Positions 1-7,277 of a stretch of DNA of 18,447 nt are shown here, piece by piece. The notes under the pieces are model-generated. The model was given only the letters and a program-made list of their open reading frames with translations, ran no database searches and had not been told where the DNA came from. Made by a program: the position numbers and the translations under genes. The number at the start of each line of letters is the position of its first letter. Position 1 is the stretch's first letter. Source of the DNA: a virus (taxonomy: Duplodnaviria > Heunggongvirae > Uroviricota > Caudoviricetes); IMG/VR virus record IMGVR_UViG_2698536506_000007, one strand, 5' to 3'.

Positions 1-1020
1 TTACTTACTGACCACAAGAGGTAGATCCAGTGTTGGCGTGATTTTTGTTTTGCGATCATAAATCAACACCTGATTTTCTGTTTTGTGCCCACTGAAAATT
101 TGTTTGTCGCGGCTGCTGCCTTCGTAATCTGAAATCCCTTTGGCTTTTATGTCATGGAAGTTGCACCCAAACGGAACGTCGGCTTTTTGCTCGGCTGCAC
201 GTTTAGCCTGATTCCACCAGTTGTTCAGCGTTTTAGCTATGACCTTCCCGCCTTTGGTTGTGTTGATCACATACTCGCATGTGCCGGAAGATACATTTCG
301 GGCTAATTGGATCACTGTGCGTAATCGCGGAGACCATTCCTTGATTTGTTTAGTGCCGGTCTTGTTTTGCTCAATGTAAATCCCTTTATCCATAATATCC
401 TGCCATTTCAGCTCGAGTACATCACCGAGCCTTGCCGCACAAAGATAGGATATCTCCATTGCAATACGTAACTGTGGAATTGCTTCCGCATATATCGCAG
501 CATACTGTTCATCGGTGATGTAAACAGTACGGGCTTTAAGCGTGAATTTTCTGACTCCTTTGCATGGATTATTTTTCACATACCCACGCTCATACCCCCA
601 TCCATATACGCGACTCAGACTTGCCAGTTCATGATTTGCCTGGGTCTTGCTCTCAAGCCCCCGTTTATCCATGAAAATTCTTACCTGCTCAATTTTTACA
701 TTATCAGCAAGCACTTTTCCGAATACCGCCAGCAACGCCCTTTGATGTTGTCGATAATCTTTTTGAGTTCGGGGTGCCAATTCTGTAAATGCAGGGGAGT
801 CCATAAACATGTGCCATAATTTAGCGACGGTCATTATGTCGTGGAGTTTTGCCTTTTCCAGTTCATAATTTTGCCAGACTTTAGCCACGCTGGTTTCCCG
901 CACCCTTCCGAGCCTTATCGTTCTCGTGCTTCCTTTGGGTTTCCATACGTAACTGTAACCATTCGATCTAACCCGTGGTGGCAGTACATTATCTTTTTTG
1001 TTTATTCTTGGTCTTCCCAT
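1..1020 (-). CDS. int: Phage tyrosine integrase, lambda Int family (339 aa)
   Basis: N-terminus MGRPRINKKDNVLPPRVRSNGYSYVWKPKG resembles the lambda Int arm-binding N-terminus; length and position next to xis; stop codon at 1-3; start overlapped by the xis ORF. Confidence 0.9.
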   Translation of the reverse strand: MGRPRINKKDNVLPPRVRSNGYSYVWKPKGSTRTIRLGRVRETSVAKVWQNYELEKAKLHDIMTVAKLWHMFMDSPAFTELAPRTQKDYRQHQRALLAVFGKVLADNVKIEQVRIFMDKRGLESKTQANHELASLSRVYGWGYERGYVKNNPCKGVRKFTLKARTVYITDEQYAAIYAEAIPQLRIAMEISYLCAARLGDVLELKWQDIMDKGIYIEQNKTGTKQIKEWSPRLRTVIQLARNVSSGTCEYVINTTKGGKVIAKTLNNWWNQAKRAAEQKADVPFGCNFHDIKAKGISDYEGSSRDKQIFSGHKTENQVLIYDRKTKITPTLDLPLVVSK

Positions 1021-1240
1021 TATTTAGTGCCTCAAAATCAGGTTCGGCAGAAACCAGTTCAGATGCATCCGGTATCGATGTCAGCCCTAGCGGAACGTCC
1101 TTGCGAAGAACTATTGGTTCATTTTTAGGTCCGGTTACAAATGGAATTCCGTGCAGCCTTAACTGGTGTTGCTGTCTTGTGTATCGCTCGTATCTCGTGA
1201 TCTCTTGAATCTCTGCTGGCGATAGAGTTAATTCGTACAT
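989..1240 (-). CDS. xis: Excisionase-like protein (83 aa)
   Basis: Small ORF directly upstream of and overlapping int by 32 nt (classic xis-int overlap); starts MYELTL, similar to the lambda Xis start MYLTL. Confidence 0.7.
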   Translation of the reverse strand: MYELTLSPAEIQEITRYERYTRQQHQLRLHGIPFVTGPKNEPIVLRKDVPLGLTSIPDASELVSAEPDFEALNNGKTKNKQKR

Positions 1241-1306
1241 GTGGTCACGTGCCTTACAGCATGACCGCCGCCAATATAATTCGGAGACGGCGATCAGGGT
1301 TGAACA

Positions 1307-3772
1307 TTAAAAATCAACCTGACTCGGGATCAGTTTTTGCCAGATAGCTGAAACTTGTTTTGCCTGGTGGCGGGCATCATCCAGTGCATTATGGCGTACG
1401 CCTTCGAACGGAATAGCTGTTCTGGCATCGAAGTCTATGGCTTTTCCCAGATCAACGATTGTGCGCACATCGCGATCGTTGCAGTAACGCCACGGGCAGG
1501 GGATACCCTGCCGTTCATATGAACGGCGTAAAATCACGTTGTCGAAGCTGGCTCCATTTCCCCAGACCCGAACAAAAAATTCACCGGAGTTTTCGTCGAT
1601 AAATTCCCGCAATTGCAATAGTGCATCATCTAACGGAATTTGATTTACCAATATTGCAGATCTGGCCTCGCTGGACTGCGCCAGCCACCATTCGATTACG
1701 TCACCATCGGGAGTAGCACCTTTGTCCATTGCGTCAACCAGACTGATGACAACATAAAATATCGGTCCGATTTCCCCGGTCTGCGGATCGAAAAACACTG
1801 CAGCAATAACTACGATGGGCGCATTGCTGTTAATTCCCATCGTTTCAAGGTCGATCATCAGATGGTGCCATACCCTGCTGGTGGATGTGATAATGTGATG
1901 ACTGTTCACCGTAATTAAGGGATCTGCCGCCTCGCCAGTTTTACTATCGCTGGTGTGATGCTGATCGTTACCAGCATTCTCATTGTTCGGATGTTCAGCG
2001 CCTTCCATTTCCTCCGGATCATTTTCCTGAGTTTCAGCCTGATTCTCTTCATCGAATGTTTCCTGGTATGTTGCGTCGCCCATCACCGCGCCACAGTCAG
2101 GACAGTTGCCGCCGCCGGTCTGACCGCAGGTGGTGCAGACTTTTTCCGGTTCTTGTTGCTCTTCTGGTTCAGGCTGTTTCGTTTCTGGCTCGTTTTGTAA
2201 CGCATTTGGGCTGTTCTGTTCCGCTTTCTGGTCGTTTTGTTCCGATTCGGGCAGGTTCTGGTTCACAGAATCGCGGGTTTCAATCCCCTTAACCCATTTC
2301 GGATCATTCGGGTCGCTAATTCCGTCAACGAACTCACCGCGATGGACTGCCAGTATTTTGTCGGCATCAGGCTGGTTGATATTGGCTGCCTGCATAATTT
2401 TGTTTACTTCGTCAGCGGTAACTTTTACCTGTTTAACTGGATCTACCTGTTCCTGAGTATCCAGCGATTGCGTGTCCTGGTGATGTTCAGTTGTATCCGG
2501 CTCCATTGCTTCGGCCGTTGCCTGTTCATCTGCCATTGCGTCAGACGGTTGTGATTTTTCCTCATTATTTTTTTCTTCTTCTGTTTCGCGTTCAGCAGCC
2601 AGTTCGCGGTTAACTTCTTCCAGGATATCTTTTTCCGGTGTATGTCGTGCAGCAGTGAGAGTTTCCTTGCTGGGGTTCTCGTGATCAGTCTCCGTTAAGT
2701 GGGCGTTGATATACCCCTGAAGGCGTCCCGGGTAGTGATAAAACTCAGGGTGAGCGCTCCGGATAAGTGCAAAAATAGCGGCGCGGGAATAATCCAGAAT
2801 ACCCGGGGTTGCGCGAAGTGCTGCGGACCATTCTTTGAACGGACTTTCTCTTTTCAGGACGATTTCTTTTGCGCGACGATAAACGCTGCCCGGAATTTCA
2901 TAAATATTAAAATCCATCGGAAGTGTGGCTGCTGCAATCTCCACATCCAGCGTATCGAAGGTGTGTACTAAATTCGGATTGCGATCGGTTTTGTTCCCGC
3001 CACCGGCATTAGCACCGGAAGCCGTGCGGGTGATACGCGAAACACGATTTCCTTTCATCCACTCTTTTGTCAGCAGACCGCGATCGGTGTAGTCGGCGTC
3101 CAGGTATGCTTCGATAAAAGAGGTTATCAGTCCCAGGTCCGAATTTACGGGGGCGGGGAAAACTTTGTCAGTGTCTCGCACCAGTTTGTGGAGATCGCGA
3201 ATCTCCAGCGGTTCGAGTTGCGCTGCTTTATTTGAGATAGCCAGCGCGGTAACGGCGGGAAGTTTTTCATCCTGTGCGTTATGTAATGCGCGCAGTTCGT
3301 CCCGCGAAACGTGTGTGATCGGTTTTTCGCTGCCGTGCTGTGCCAGCCATCGAACAGGCAGAATCTGACCTGAAACCGGCAGGAGCATGTTCTCCTCAAT
3401 CTCAGTCATGTCTTCGCCGTTGACGTTGGTATTGTCAGTGTTGGCTGGTTTGTCCTGCGCAGAGGGTGAGGGCGCGATAAATACCATTGTGATGCCATCT
3501 TCCCCGCCTTTTTCGTAACGGTTACAGAATTCAGTATCAAACACGCCTTCAGGTGGAAGGTCATTCACAACGGGTAAATGGACGCGGACGGGTTTTTTAA
3601 AGTCGTCTTCATCATAATCGTTGTCATCCATTGCGGTAATGCAGCGGGAGATGGCAACAGATAATTTTTTTGCTGTAGTCCAGTAAAAACCACCTTTAAT
3701 TCCAAGGCGTTTTCTGACTTTGTCATTTTTTGCTTCACAATATAATGCAAATTCTTCTTTATCAGTGCTCAT
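1307..3772 (-). CDS. Large early-left nuclease (821 aa) of the kind annotated as exodeoxyribonuclease VIII; C-terminal DEDDh/DnaQ-like 3'-5' exonuclease domain, central acidic low-complexity region with a CxxC..CxxC zinc ribbon
   Basis: Long ORF with SD (GAGG 8 nt upstream of the ATG at 3770-3772). C-terminal motifs MIDLETMG (Exo I, D-x-E), GNGASFDNVIL (Exo II) and HNALDDARH (Exo III, H-x4-D). CTTCGQTGGGNCPDCG zinc ribbon. Position equals recE/exo in lambdoid prophages. Confidence 0.8.
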   Translation of the reverse strand: MSTDKEEFALYCEAKNDKVRKRLGIKGGFYWTTAKKLSVAISRCITAMDDNDYDEDDFKKPVRVHLPVVNDLPPEGVFDTEFCNRYEKGGEDGITMVFIAPSPSAQDKPANTDNTNVNGEDMTEIEENMLLPVSGQILPVRWLAQHGSEKPITHVSRDELRALHNAQDEKLPAVTALAISNKAAQLEPLEIRDLHKLVRDTDKVFPAPVNSDLGLITSFIEAYLDADYTDRGLLTKEWMKGNRVSRITRTASGANAGGGNKTDRNPNLVHTFDTLDVEIAAATLPMDFNIYEIPGSVYRRAKEIVLKRESPFKEWSAALRATPGILDYSRAAIFALIRSAHPEFYHYPGRLQGYINAHLTETDHENPSKETLTAARHTPEKDILEEVNRELAAERETEEEKNNEEKSQPSDAMADEQATAEAMEPDTTEHHQDTQSLDTQEQVDPVKQVKVTADEVNKIMQAANINQPDADKILAVHRGEFVDGISDPNDPKWVKGIETRDSVNQNLPESEQNDQKAEQNSPNALQNEPETKQPEPEEQQEPEKVCTTCGQTGGGNCPDCGAVMGDATYQETFDEENQAETQENDPEEMEGAEHPNNENAGNDQHHTSDSKTGEAADPLITVNSHHIITSTSRVWHHLMIDLETMGINSNAPIVVIAAVFFDPQTGEIGPIFYVVISLVDAMDKGATPDGDVIEWWLAQSSEARSAILVNQIPLDDALLQLREFIDENSGEFFVRVWGNGASFDNVILRRSYERQGIPCPWRYCNDRDVRTIVDLGKAIDFDARTAIPFEGVRHNALDDARHQAKQVSAIWQKLIPSQVDF

Positions 3773-3849
3773 TGATAAACCTCATTACAGATTTAAGGGT
3801 GAACAAATCCCTGTCATTGCTGACATATAAAAATGAAACCGAATATCAA

Positions 3850-4053
3850 TTACGGCGCTGTTTTAAGTCCTGCCGGGATTTCGTTATTATCCTGGTGAAT
3901 AACTTTATCGACCGGATAACAGTTACCGGGAATTTTCTGTTCATCTGCGGCAGCCATGCATTCTTTCATTGAGCTGTATACGCCAATAACCATGTCAACT
4001 GGTTCACCGGAAACAAGAAAAACCGTCAGAACAAGTGCAAATGTGGTATTCAT
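3850..4053 (-). CDS. Small probably exported protein (about 67 aa; N-terminal hydrophobic signal-like segment MNTTFALVLTVFLVSG)
   Basis: ORF-track ORF 3850-4107 trimmed to the internal ATG at 4051-4053, which overlaps the stop of the upstream gene (ATGA) and is 9 nt from an AAAAAGG run; the alternative start at 4060-4062 has no spacer. Confidence 0.5.
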   Translation of the reverse strand: MNTTFALVLTVFLVSGEPVDMVIGVYSSMKECMAAADEQKIPGNCYPVDKVIHQDNNEIPAGLKTAP

Positions 4054-4238
4054 TGCCAGCATCCTTTTTGCGTCGGGCGTAAACGGGCCAGCATTGAAGC
4101 AATGCATATCTCATTTGATGAATCTGGCTCATGCTTTATCTGATTAATGGCATCCTCAATAAAGTTTTTATCGCCAGTGATAACGCCAATTTCAAAACGA
4201 GTCTCAGGCGTAGTGGAATTGAGTAATAACGTTTCCAT
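4050..4238 (-). CDS. Small hypothetical protein (62 aa), translationally coupled to the next gene
   Basis: Internal ATG at 4236-4238 preceded by GAGGA at 7-nt spacing; stop TGA overlaps the next ATG (ATGA). The longer 107-aa version in the ORF track lacks an SD. Confidence 0.5.
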   Translation of the reverse strand: METLLLNSTTPETRFEIGVITGDKNFIEDAINQIKHEPDSSNEICIASMLARLRPTQKGCWQ

Positions 4239-4430
4239 TATCGCGTCCTCAACAATGAATTTTGTGATGCGGTGCCTGGTGCCTCCAGGTGACGTTAACC
4301 AGTTAACAATTAACGCCGGAATACAGGGACCCGCCTGCAAGTACCTACCCATAAGTATTGATACGGAGAACAAATGGTCTTTTAACTGTTCCGCGTGCGC
4401 TTAGCCGCATTCACCACATCACAAAATTCA

Positions 4431-4475
4431 CTTTAAAAAGGGCGGACATCAGCCAGCAATTAAACTGATGCCGCC
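4431..4475 (-). terminator. Candidate rho-independent terminator for leftward transcription
   Basis: On the minus strand: stem GGCGGCATCAG / CTGATGTCCGCC (one bulge), 12-nt loop, followed by CTTTTTAAA. Confidence 0.4.
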
Positions 4476-4726
4476 AAAGGTCAATACTCAACATGGAGTG
4501 TTGTAGCGGGGTTGTCACTTAAGCGTATGGTCAACCTGCCAACCCGGTGCCACAATGGGGTAAGGATAACCCCGCCATACTTACCGCCGCGCCATTTCGC
4601 GGAGTGCCACAACCGGAAGCGCACGGTCGAAGAAATCTAACGACAAGACTTCTAAGGAAAAGAAACCTTCGCCGTGCGATTTCGTGTTGTGTGCCTGCTT
4701 TTAACCACATCAGGCGAGGTGGTTCC

Positions 4727-4759
4727 TGTTGTTCCCCAACAACAAGAAATTTGTATAAT
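4727..4759 (+). promoter_or_regulatory. Candidate promoter with extended -10 (TGtTATAAT, 4752-4759) preceded by a 7-bp inverted repeat (TGTTGTT-cccc-AACAACA, 4727-4744)
   Basis: Perfect TATAAT with TG at -15/-14, about 32 nt upstream of the ATG at 4791; no convincing -35; the palindrome just upstream could be an operator. Confidence 0.35.
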
Positions 4760-4790
4760 CCGGATACCCCAACAACACAGAGAGTTAAGA

Positions 4791-5309
4791 ATGCTATCTG
4801 GAATAACTTCATCAATAACGGCAATTAAAGTCTCGATTGATTTATTACAGGTAATACTTGATGCAAAAAGCCAATCTGAACGTGAAAAGGCTGTCTACGA
4901 AATGCGTCGCCAACTGGCAGACTTACAAATACAGAACGCAGAGCTAGCGAAAACGCTCGCGCTTCAGTACGAGGAAATACTCTTGCTTAAGCAAAAATGT
5001 CATGAAATTGACGAGCGTAATCGAAAACTTGAATGCTATACGATACACAAAACTGGTTTTGGGCATTTTGTCTATGCTTTCAGGAACAGCCTCGACGAAG
5101 AAGACACATGTTTTCACTATGCCTGTCCCAATTGCTATCAGCATGGTGTAATAGCAATACTTCAACCTGTTGAAATTGGTGAGCATGATAAGTTCCATAT
5201 TTCTAAATGCCTGAAATGTGATTCGCGCTTTAAATTTGAACGCAATGATGACTATATACCGCCCCCATCTGAAGAAGAGATAGGTAGAGCATTGAGCAGC
5301 AATCCGTAG
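4791..5309 (+). CDS. Hypothetical protein (172 aa): N-terminal amphipathic/coiled-coil region plus C-terminal CxxC..CxxC zinc ribbon; opposite orientation to the surrounding early-left operon
   Basis: ORF-track ORF 4674-5309 trimmed to the ATG at 4791 (MLSGITSS...); motifs CPNC and CLKC; own promoter-like element upstream and hairpin plus T-run downstream. Confidence 0.6.
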   Translation: MLSGITSSITAIKVSIDLLQVILDAKSQSEREKAVYEMRRQLADLQIQNAELAKTLALQYEEILLLKQKCHEIDERNRKLECYTIHKTGFGHFVYAFRNSLDEEDTCFHYACPNCYQHGVIAILQPVEIGEHDKFHISKCLKCDSRFKFERNDDYIPPPSEEEIGRALSSNP

Positions 5310-5376
5310 GTTATTGCTGTTGTGGATATCCAGATTGTTAAAGAGCATGCCGGAAGGTTATCCGTGTCCGGCGCAC

Positions 5377-5410
5377 GACCACACGTAGCAGCGTGTTGGT
5401 CTCCATTTTT
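5377..5410 (+). terminator. Candidate rho-independent terminator of the rightward single-gene unit
   Basis: Stem GACCACACG / CGTGT(T)GGTC with loop TAGCAG, followed by CTCCATTTTT. Confidence 0.45.
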
Positions 5411-5471
5411 AATTCACCCCTTAATGGAGGATAAAATAATCGTGGTGCTGGTCGGCTCGGTCCCGCAGGTG

Positions 5472-6107
5472 TTACCCTTTAAACCAGTCAATCCAGAGTG
5501 GATAGTGTTCAGCATAAATATAGCTATACACATCCAGGTTGTATTTGCGGTCTGTCCTTAGCAGGTCGCAAATACAGGCCGCAGCTTCCAGGGCAGCAGC
5601 TTTGTTGCTGAATAACCATGTAGCAACATTCCGGCGATTATCTGTATCCCACTCTTTTGTGAGGGCTGACACCACGAAGGAGCCGTTGGTGTTGCCATCA
5701 AATACTTCCGTTTCCAGATTTTTAAGTAATGCCTGGTGAATTTTTGCCAGGTATTCAGTCGGAATTTCGCCACGAATTCGGATAAGTTTGTCATAAACAA
5801 ACATGTTCCCCGCATATGGCGATTTTTCTTTCTTTTGTTCACTGGCAGGCTGGTCAATTTCGTCTTCGGTTGGTTTCGTATTGATGTTTTGCACTGTCGT
5901 TTCTGCAATTTTCTTTGCCACACTCTCTGGGTCGTGTTTATTTACAGACGCACAGAAATACAATCCGGTAAACGCATCGTGCACATTACGAGCCATGTTA
6001 TCAATGGTTTCTTTCGTTGCAGATTCAGCCATAGCTTCGTTCAGACGTTGACGTAGTGTGTGTGCTGCAATCTCCTGGATTGATAGCGGTAAATCTTTAA
6101 ATTCCAT
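5472..6107 (-). CDS. Hypothetical early-left protein (about 211 aa)
   Basis: Long ORF; preferred start is the ATG at 6105-6107 (MEFKDL...) with GAGG 6 nt upstream; the ORF-track start at 6119 would overlap the upstream stop (ATGA). Confidence 0.7.
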   Translation of the reverse strand: MEFKDLPLSIQEIAAHTLRQRLNEAMAESATKETIDNMARNVHDAFTGLYFCASVNKHDPESVAKKIAETTVQNINTKPTEDEIDQPASEQKKEKSPYAGNMFVYDKLIRIRGEIPTEYLAKIHQALLKNLETEVFDGNTNGSFVVSALTKEWDTDNRRNVATWLFSNKAAALEAAACICDLLRTDRKYNLDVYSYIYAEHYPLWIDWFKG

Positions 6108-6118
6108 CGTTAACCTCA

Positions 6119-6349
6119 TCAGTCAGTATTTCTGGCTAACCAGCGACGCGCGCCAGCTTCGGTTTTAAACGTTTTGCTTTTGGTATACGTCATCGCGGTG
6201 AACGTACCGTCCTGGTTTGGAAACACGCCGTATACCAGAGATTCGTTGTTGCCAAGATCGATAGTATCCATGCTGACCTCATTTCCCCTTAACGCCGGGG
6301 CAGCGGAACAAAAACCTGCTGCATAGTTAAAGTTGAACCCTGCCGTCAT
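6119..6349 (-). CDS. Small hypothetical early-left protein (76 aa, or 50 aa from the internal ATG at 6269-6271)
   Basis: First ORF downstream of the presumptive leftward promoter region; the internal ATG has a strong SD (GAGG, 6-nt spacing); no arginine-rich N-like motif seen. Confidence 0.5.
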   Translation of the reverse strand: MTAGFNFNYAAGFCSAAPALRGNEVSMDTIDLGNNESLVYGVFPNQDGTFTAMTYTKSKTFKTEAGARRWLARNTD

Positions 6350-6451
6350 GTTCTTACGCCTCGGGCTGGCTACTTACCCCCTGACCACTGCCTGGTAACT
6401 CGAAGTATTGCCCTGCGTTCTGTGGGGCGGGGTGGGTTGGTTGATACAATC

Positions 6452-6501
6452 TACAAATTAAAATTTAATTGGTCAATGATTTTTATCATTAAATTTGTAA
6501 T
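6452..6501. promoter_or_regulatory. Candidate OL-like operator/leftward promoter region
   Basis: Inverted half-sites TACAAATT (6452-6459) and AATTTGTAAT (6492-6501); the 13-mer TTAAATTTGTAAT (6489-6501) recurs exactly at 7731-7743; on the minus strand TTGACC-17-TAGATT is promoter-like (-35 = rc of 6471-6476, -10 = rc of 6448-6453). Confidence 0.35.
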
Positions 6502-6510
6502 TTCGGGCTA

Positions 6511-6539
6511 TTGCATTAGTCCCAAAATGGGACTAACAT
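6511..6539 (+). promoter_or_regulatory. Candidate higBA promoter (TTGCAT-17-TAACAT) with a perfect 9-3-9 palindrome TTAGTCCCA-aaa-TGGGACTAA (6516-6536) in the spacer; predicted leaderless transcript
   Basis: The -10 ends 6 nt before the higB ATG (6546) and there is no SD; the palindrome is positioned like an autoregulatory antitoxin operator. Confidence 0.4.
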
Positions 6540-6545
6540 ACAGTT

Positions 6546-6848
6546 ATGAAGATCATCTCAGTTAAAACGCTCAGGGATTTTTGGGCGGAGAATCCCGATG
6601 CAGAACAACCGCTAAGGGCATGGGTGGATGAGGCAGCAAAAGCTGACTGGAAAAGCCCGGCAGACATTAAGGCGCAATACCGAACGGCCAGTATATTGAA
6701 AAACCGGCGCGTGGTATTCAACATAAAAGGCAACCATTACCGTTTAATTGTTGCAATTGCGTATCAGCGAGGATGGGTATTTGTTAAATTCATCGGAAAC
6801 CATAAGGAATACGATGCCATTGATGCTGATACCATCGAACTGGAGTAA
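6546..6848 (+). CDS. higB: HigB-family (RelE/ParE superfamily) toxin, mRNA interferase (100 aa)
   Basis: C-terminal FNIKGNHYRLIVAIAYQRGWVFVKFIGNHKEYD matches the E. coli K-12 HigB pattern FNVGGNELRVVAMVFF...THKEYD (from memory); toxin-first order, followed 2 nt later by an HTH antitoxin. Confidence 0.85.
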   Translation: MKIISVKTLRDFWAENPDAEQPLRAWVDEAAKADWKSPADIKAQYRTASILKNRRVVFNIKGNHYRLIVAIAYQRGWVFVKFIGNHKEYDAIDADTIELE

Positions 6849-6850
6849 GC

Positions 6851-7210
6851 ATGAACATCAAACCTATTCGTACAGAGCAAGATTATAAAGCCGCGTTGCG
6901 TGCTGTTGAGCCCATGTTCGACAATGAGCCGGAAATTAACACGCCTGAGGGGGATTTCTTTGAGGTAATGTGTTTGCTAATAGAGGAATATGAAAAAAAA
7001 CATTATCCCATTGAGCCACCATCCCCAATTGAAGCTATAAGATTTCGCATGGAACAGCAGGGGCTGACTGTGAAAGATTTGGAACCCGCAATTGGAAAAA
7101 AAAATCGGGTTTACGAGGTGTTGAATGGCACCAGAAGCCTTACGTTACCAATGATTCGCCGCCTTCATAATCAATTTGGTATTCCCCTAGAAAGCCTGGT
7201 GGGGTTATAA
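6851..7210 (+). CDS. higA: HigA-family HTH (XRE-type) antitoxin (119 aa)
   Basis: C-terminal IRFRMEQQGLTVKDLEPAIGKKNRVYEVLNGTRSLTLPMIRRLHNQFGIPLESL parallels the E. coli HigA HTH region; SD GGAG 6 nt upstream; immediately downstream of higB. Confidence 0.85.
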   Translation: MNIKPIRTEQDYKAALRAVEPMFDNEPEINTPEGDFFEVMCLLIEEYEKKHYPIEPPSPIEAIRFRMEQQGLTVKDLEPAIGKKNRVYEVLNGTRSLTLPMIRRLHNQFGIPLESLVGL

Positions 7211-7226
7211 AATCTGTTAGTCATTT

Positions 7227-7277
7227 GCCTGATGCTTGTTCCAGAAAAGGAACGCATCAGGCAGTTTTGTTTTTCTG
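7227..7277 (+). terminator. Rho-independent terminator of higBA, overlapping the 3' end of the convergent repressor gene
   Basis: Long hairpin GCCTGATGCTTGTTCC-agaaaa-GGAACGCATCAGGC followed by AGTTTTGTTTTTCTG. Confidence 0.55.

Noticed and set aside
631-1208. Plus-strand ORFs 631-819, 841-1128 and 975-1208 overlapping int/xis
   Set aside because: Antisense to the integrase and excisionase genes; odd composition; no start context.
1640-3399. Multiple ORF-track ORFs on both strands inside the large nuclease gene (1640-1918, 1955-2200, 2056-2292, 2130-2456, 2237-2554, 2699-2971, 3145-3399, 3165-3368)
   Set aside because: All lie within, and mostly antisense or out of frame to, a long well-supported coding region; low-complexity, Cys/Arg/Phe-rich translations; no SD evidence.
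4674-4790. N-terminal extension of the rightward gene (ORF-track start at 4674)
   Set aside because: The extension would cover the promoter-like extended -10 and palindrome and has no SD; the ATG at 4791 is the more plausible start.
4531-4828. ORFs 4531-4824 (-) and 4547-4828 (+) in the GC-rich intergenic region
   Set aside because: Mutually overlapping, Arg/Pro-rich translations typical of GC-rich non-coding DNA; no SD; the region is better explained as structured non-coding sequence.
4944-5348. Minus-strand ORF 4944-5348 (134 aa)
   Set aside because: Antisense to the better-supported plus-strand gene; no SD; repetitive, low-complexity translation.
5322-6056. ORFs 5322-5561, 5539-5739, 5558-5923, 5736-6056 and 5803-6051
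   Set aside because: Overlap, or lie antisense to, the 5472-6107 gene; no independent support.
6993-7104. A8 and A9 homopolymer tracts inside higA as possible slippage sites
   Set aside because: They encode Lys-Lys pairs with AAA codons in an AT-rich gene; tracts of this length are common and need no special explanation, though slippage cannot be excluded.
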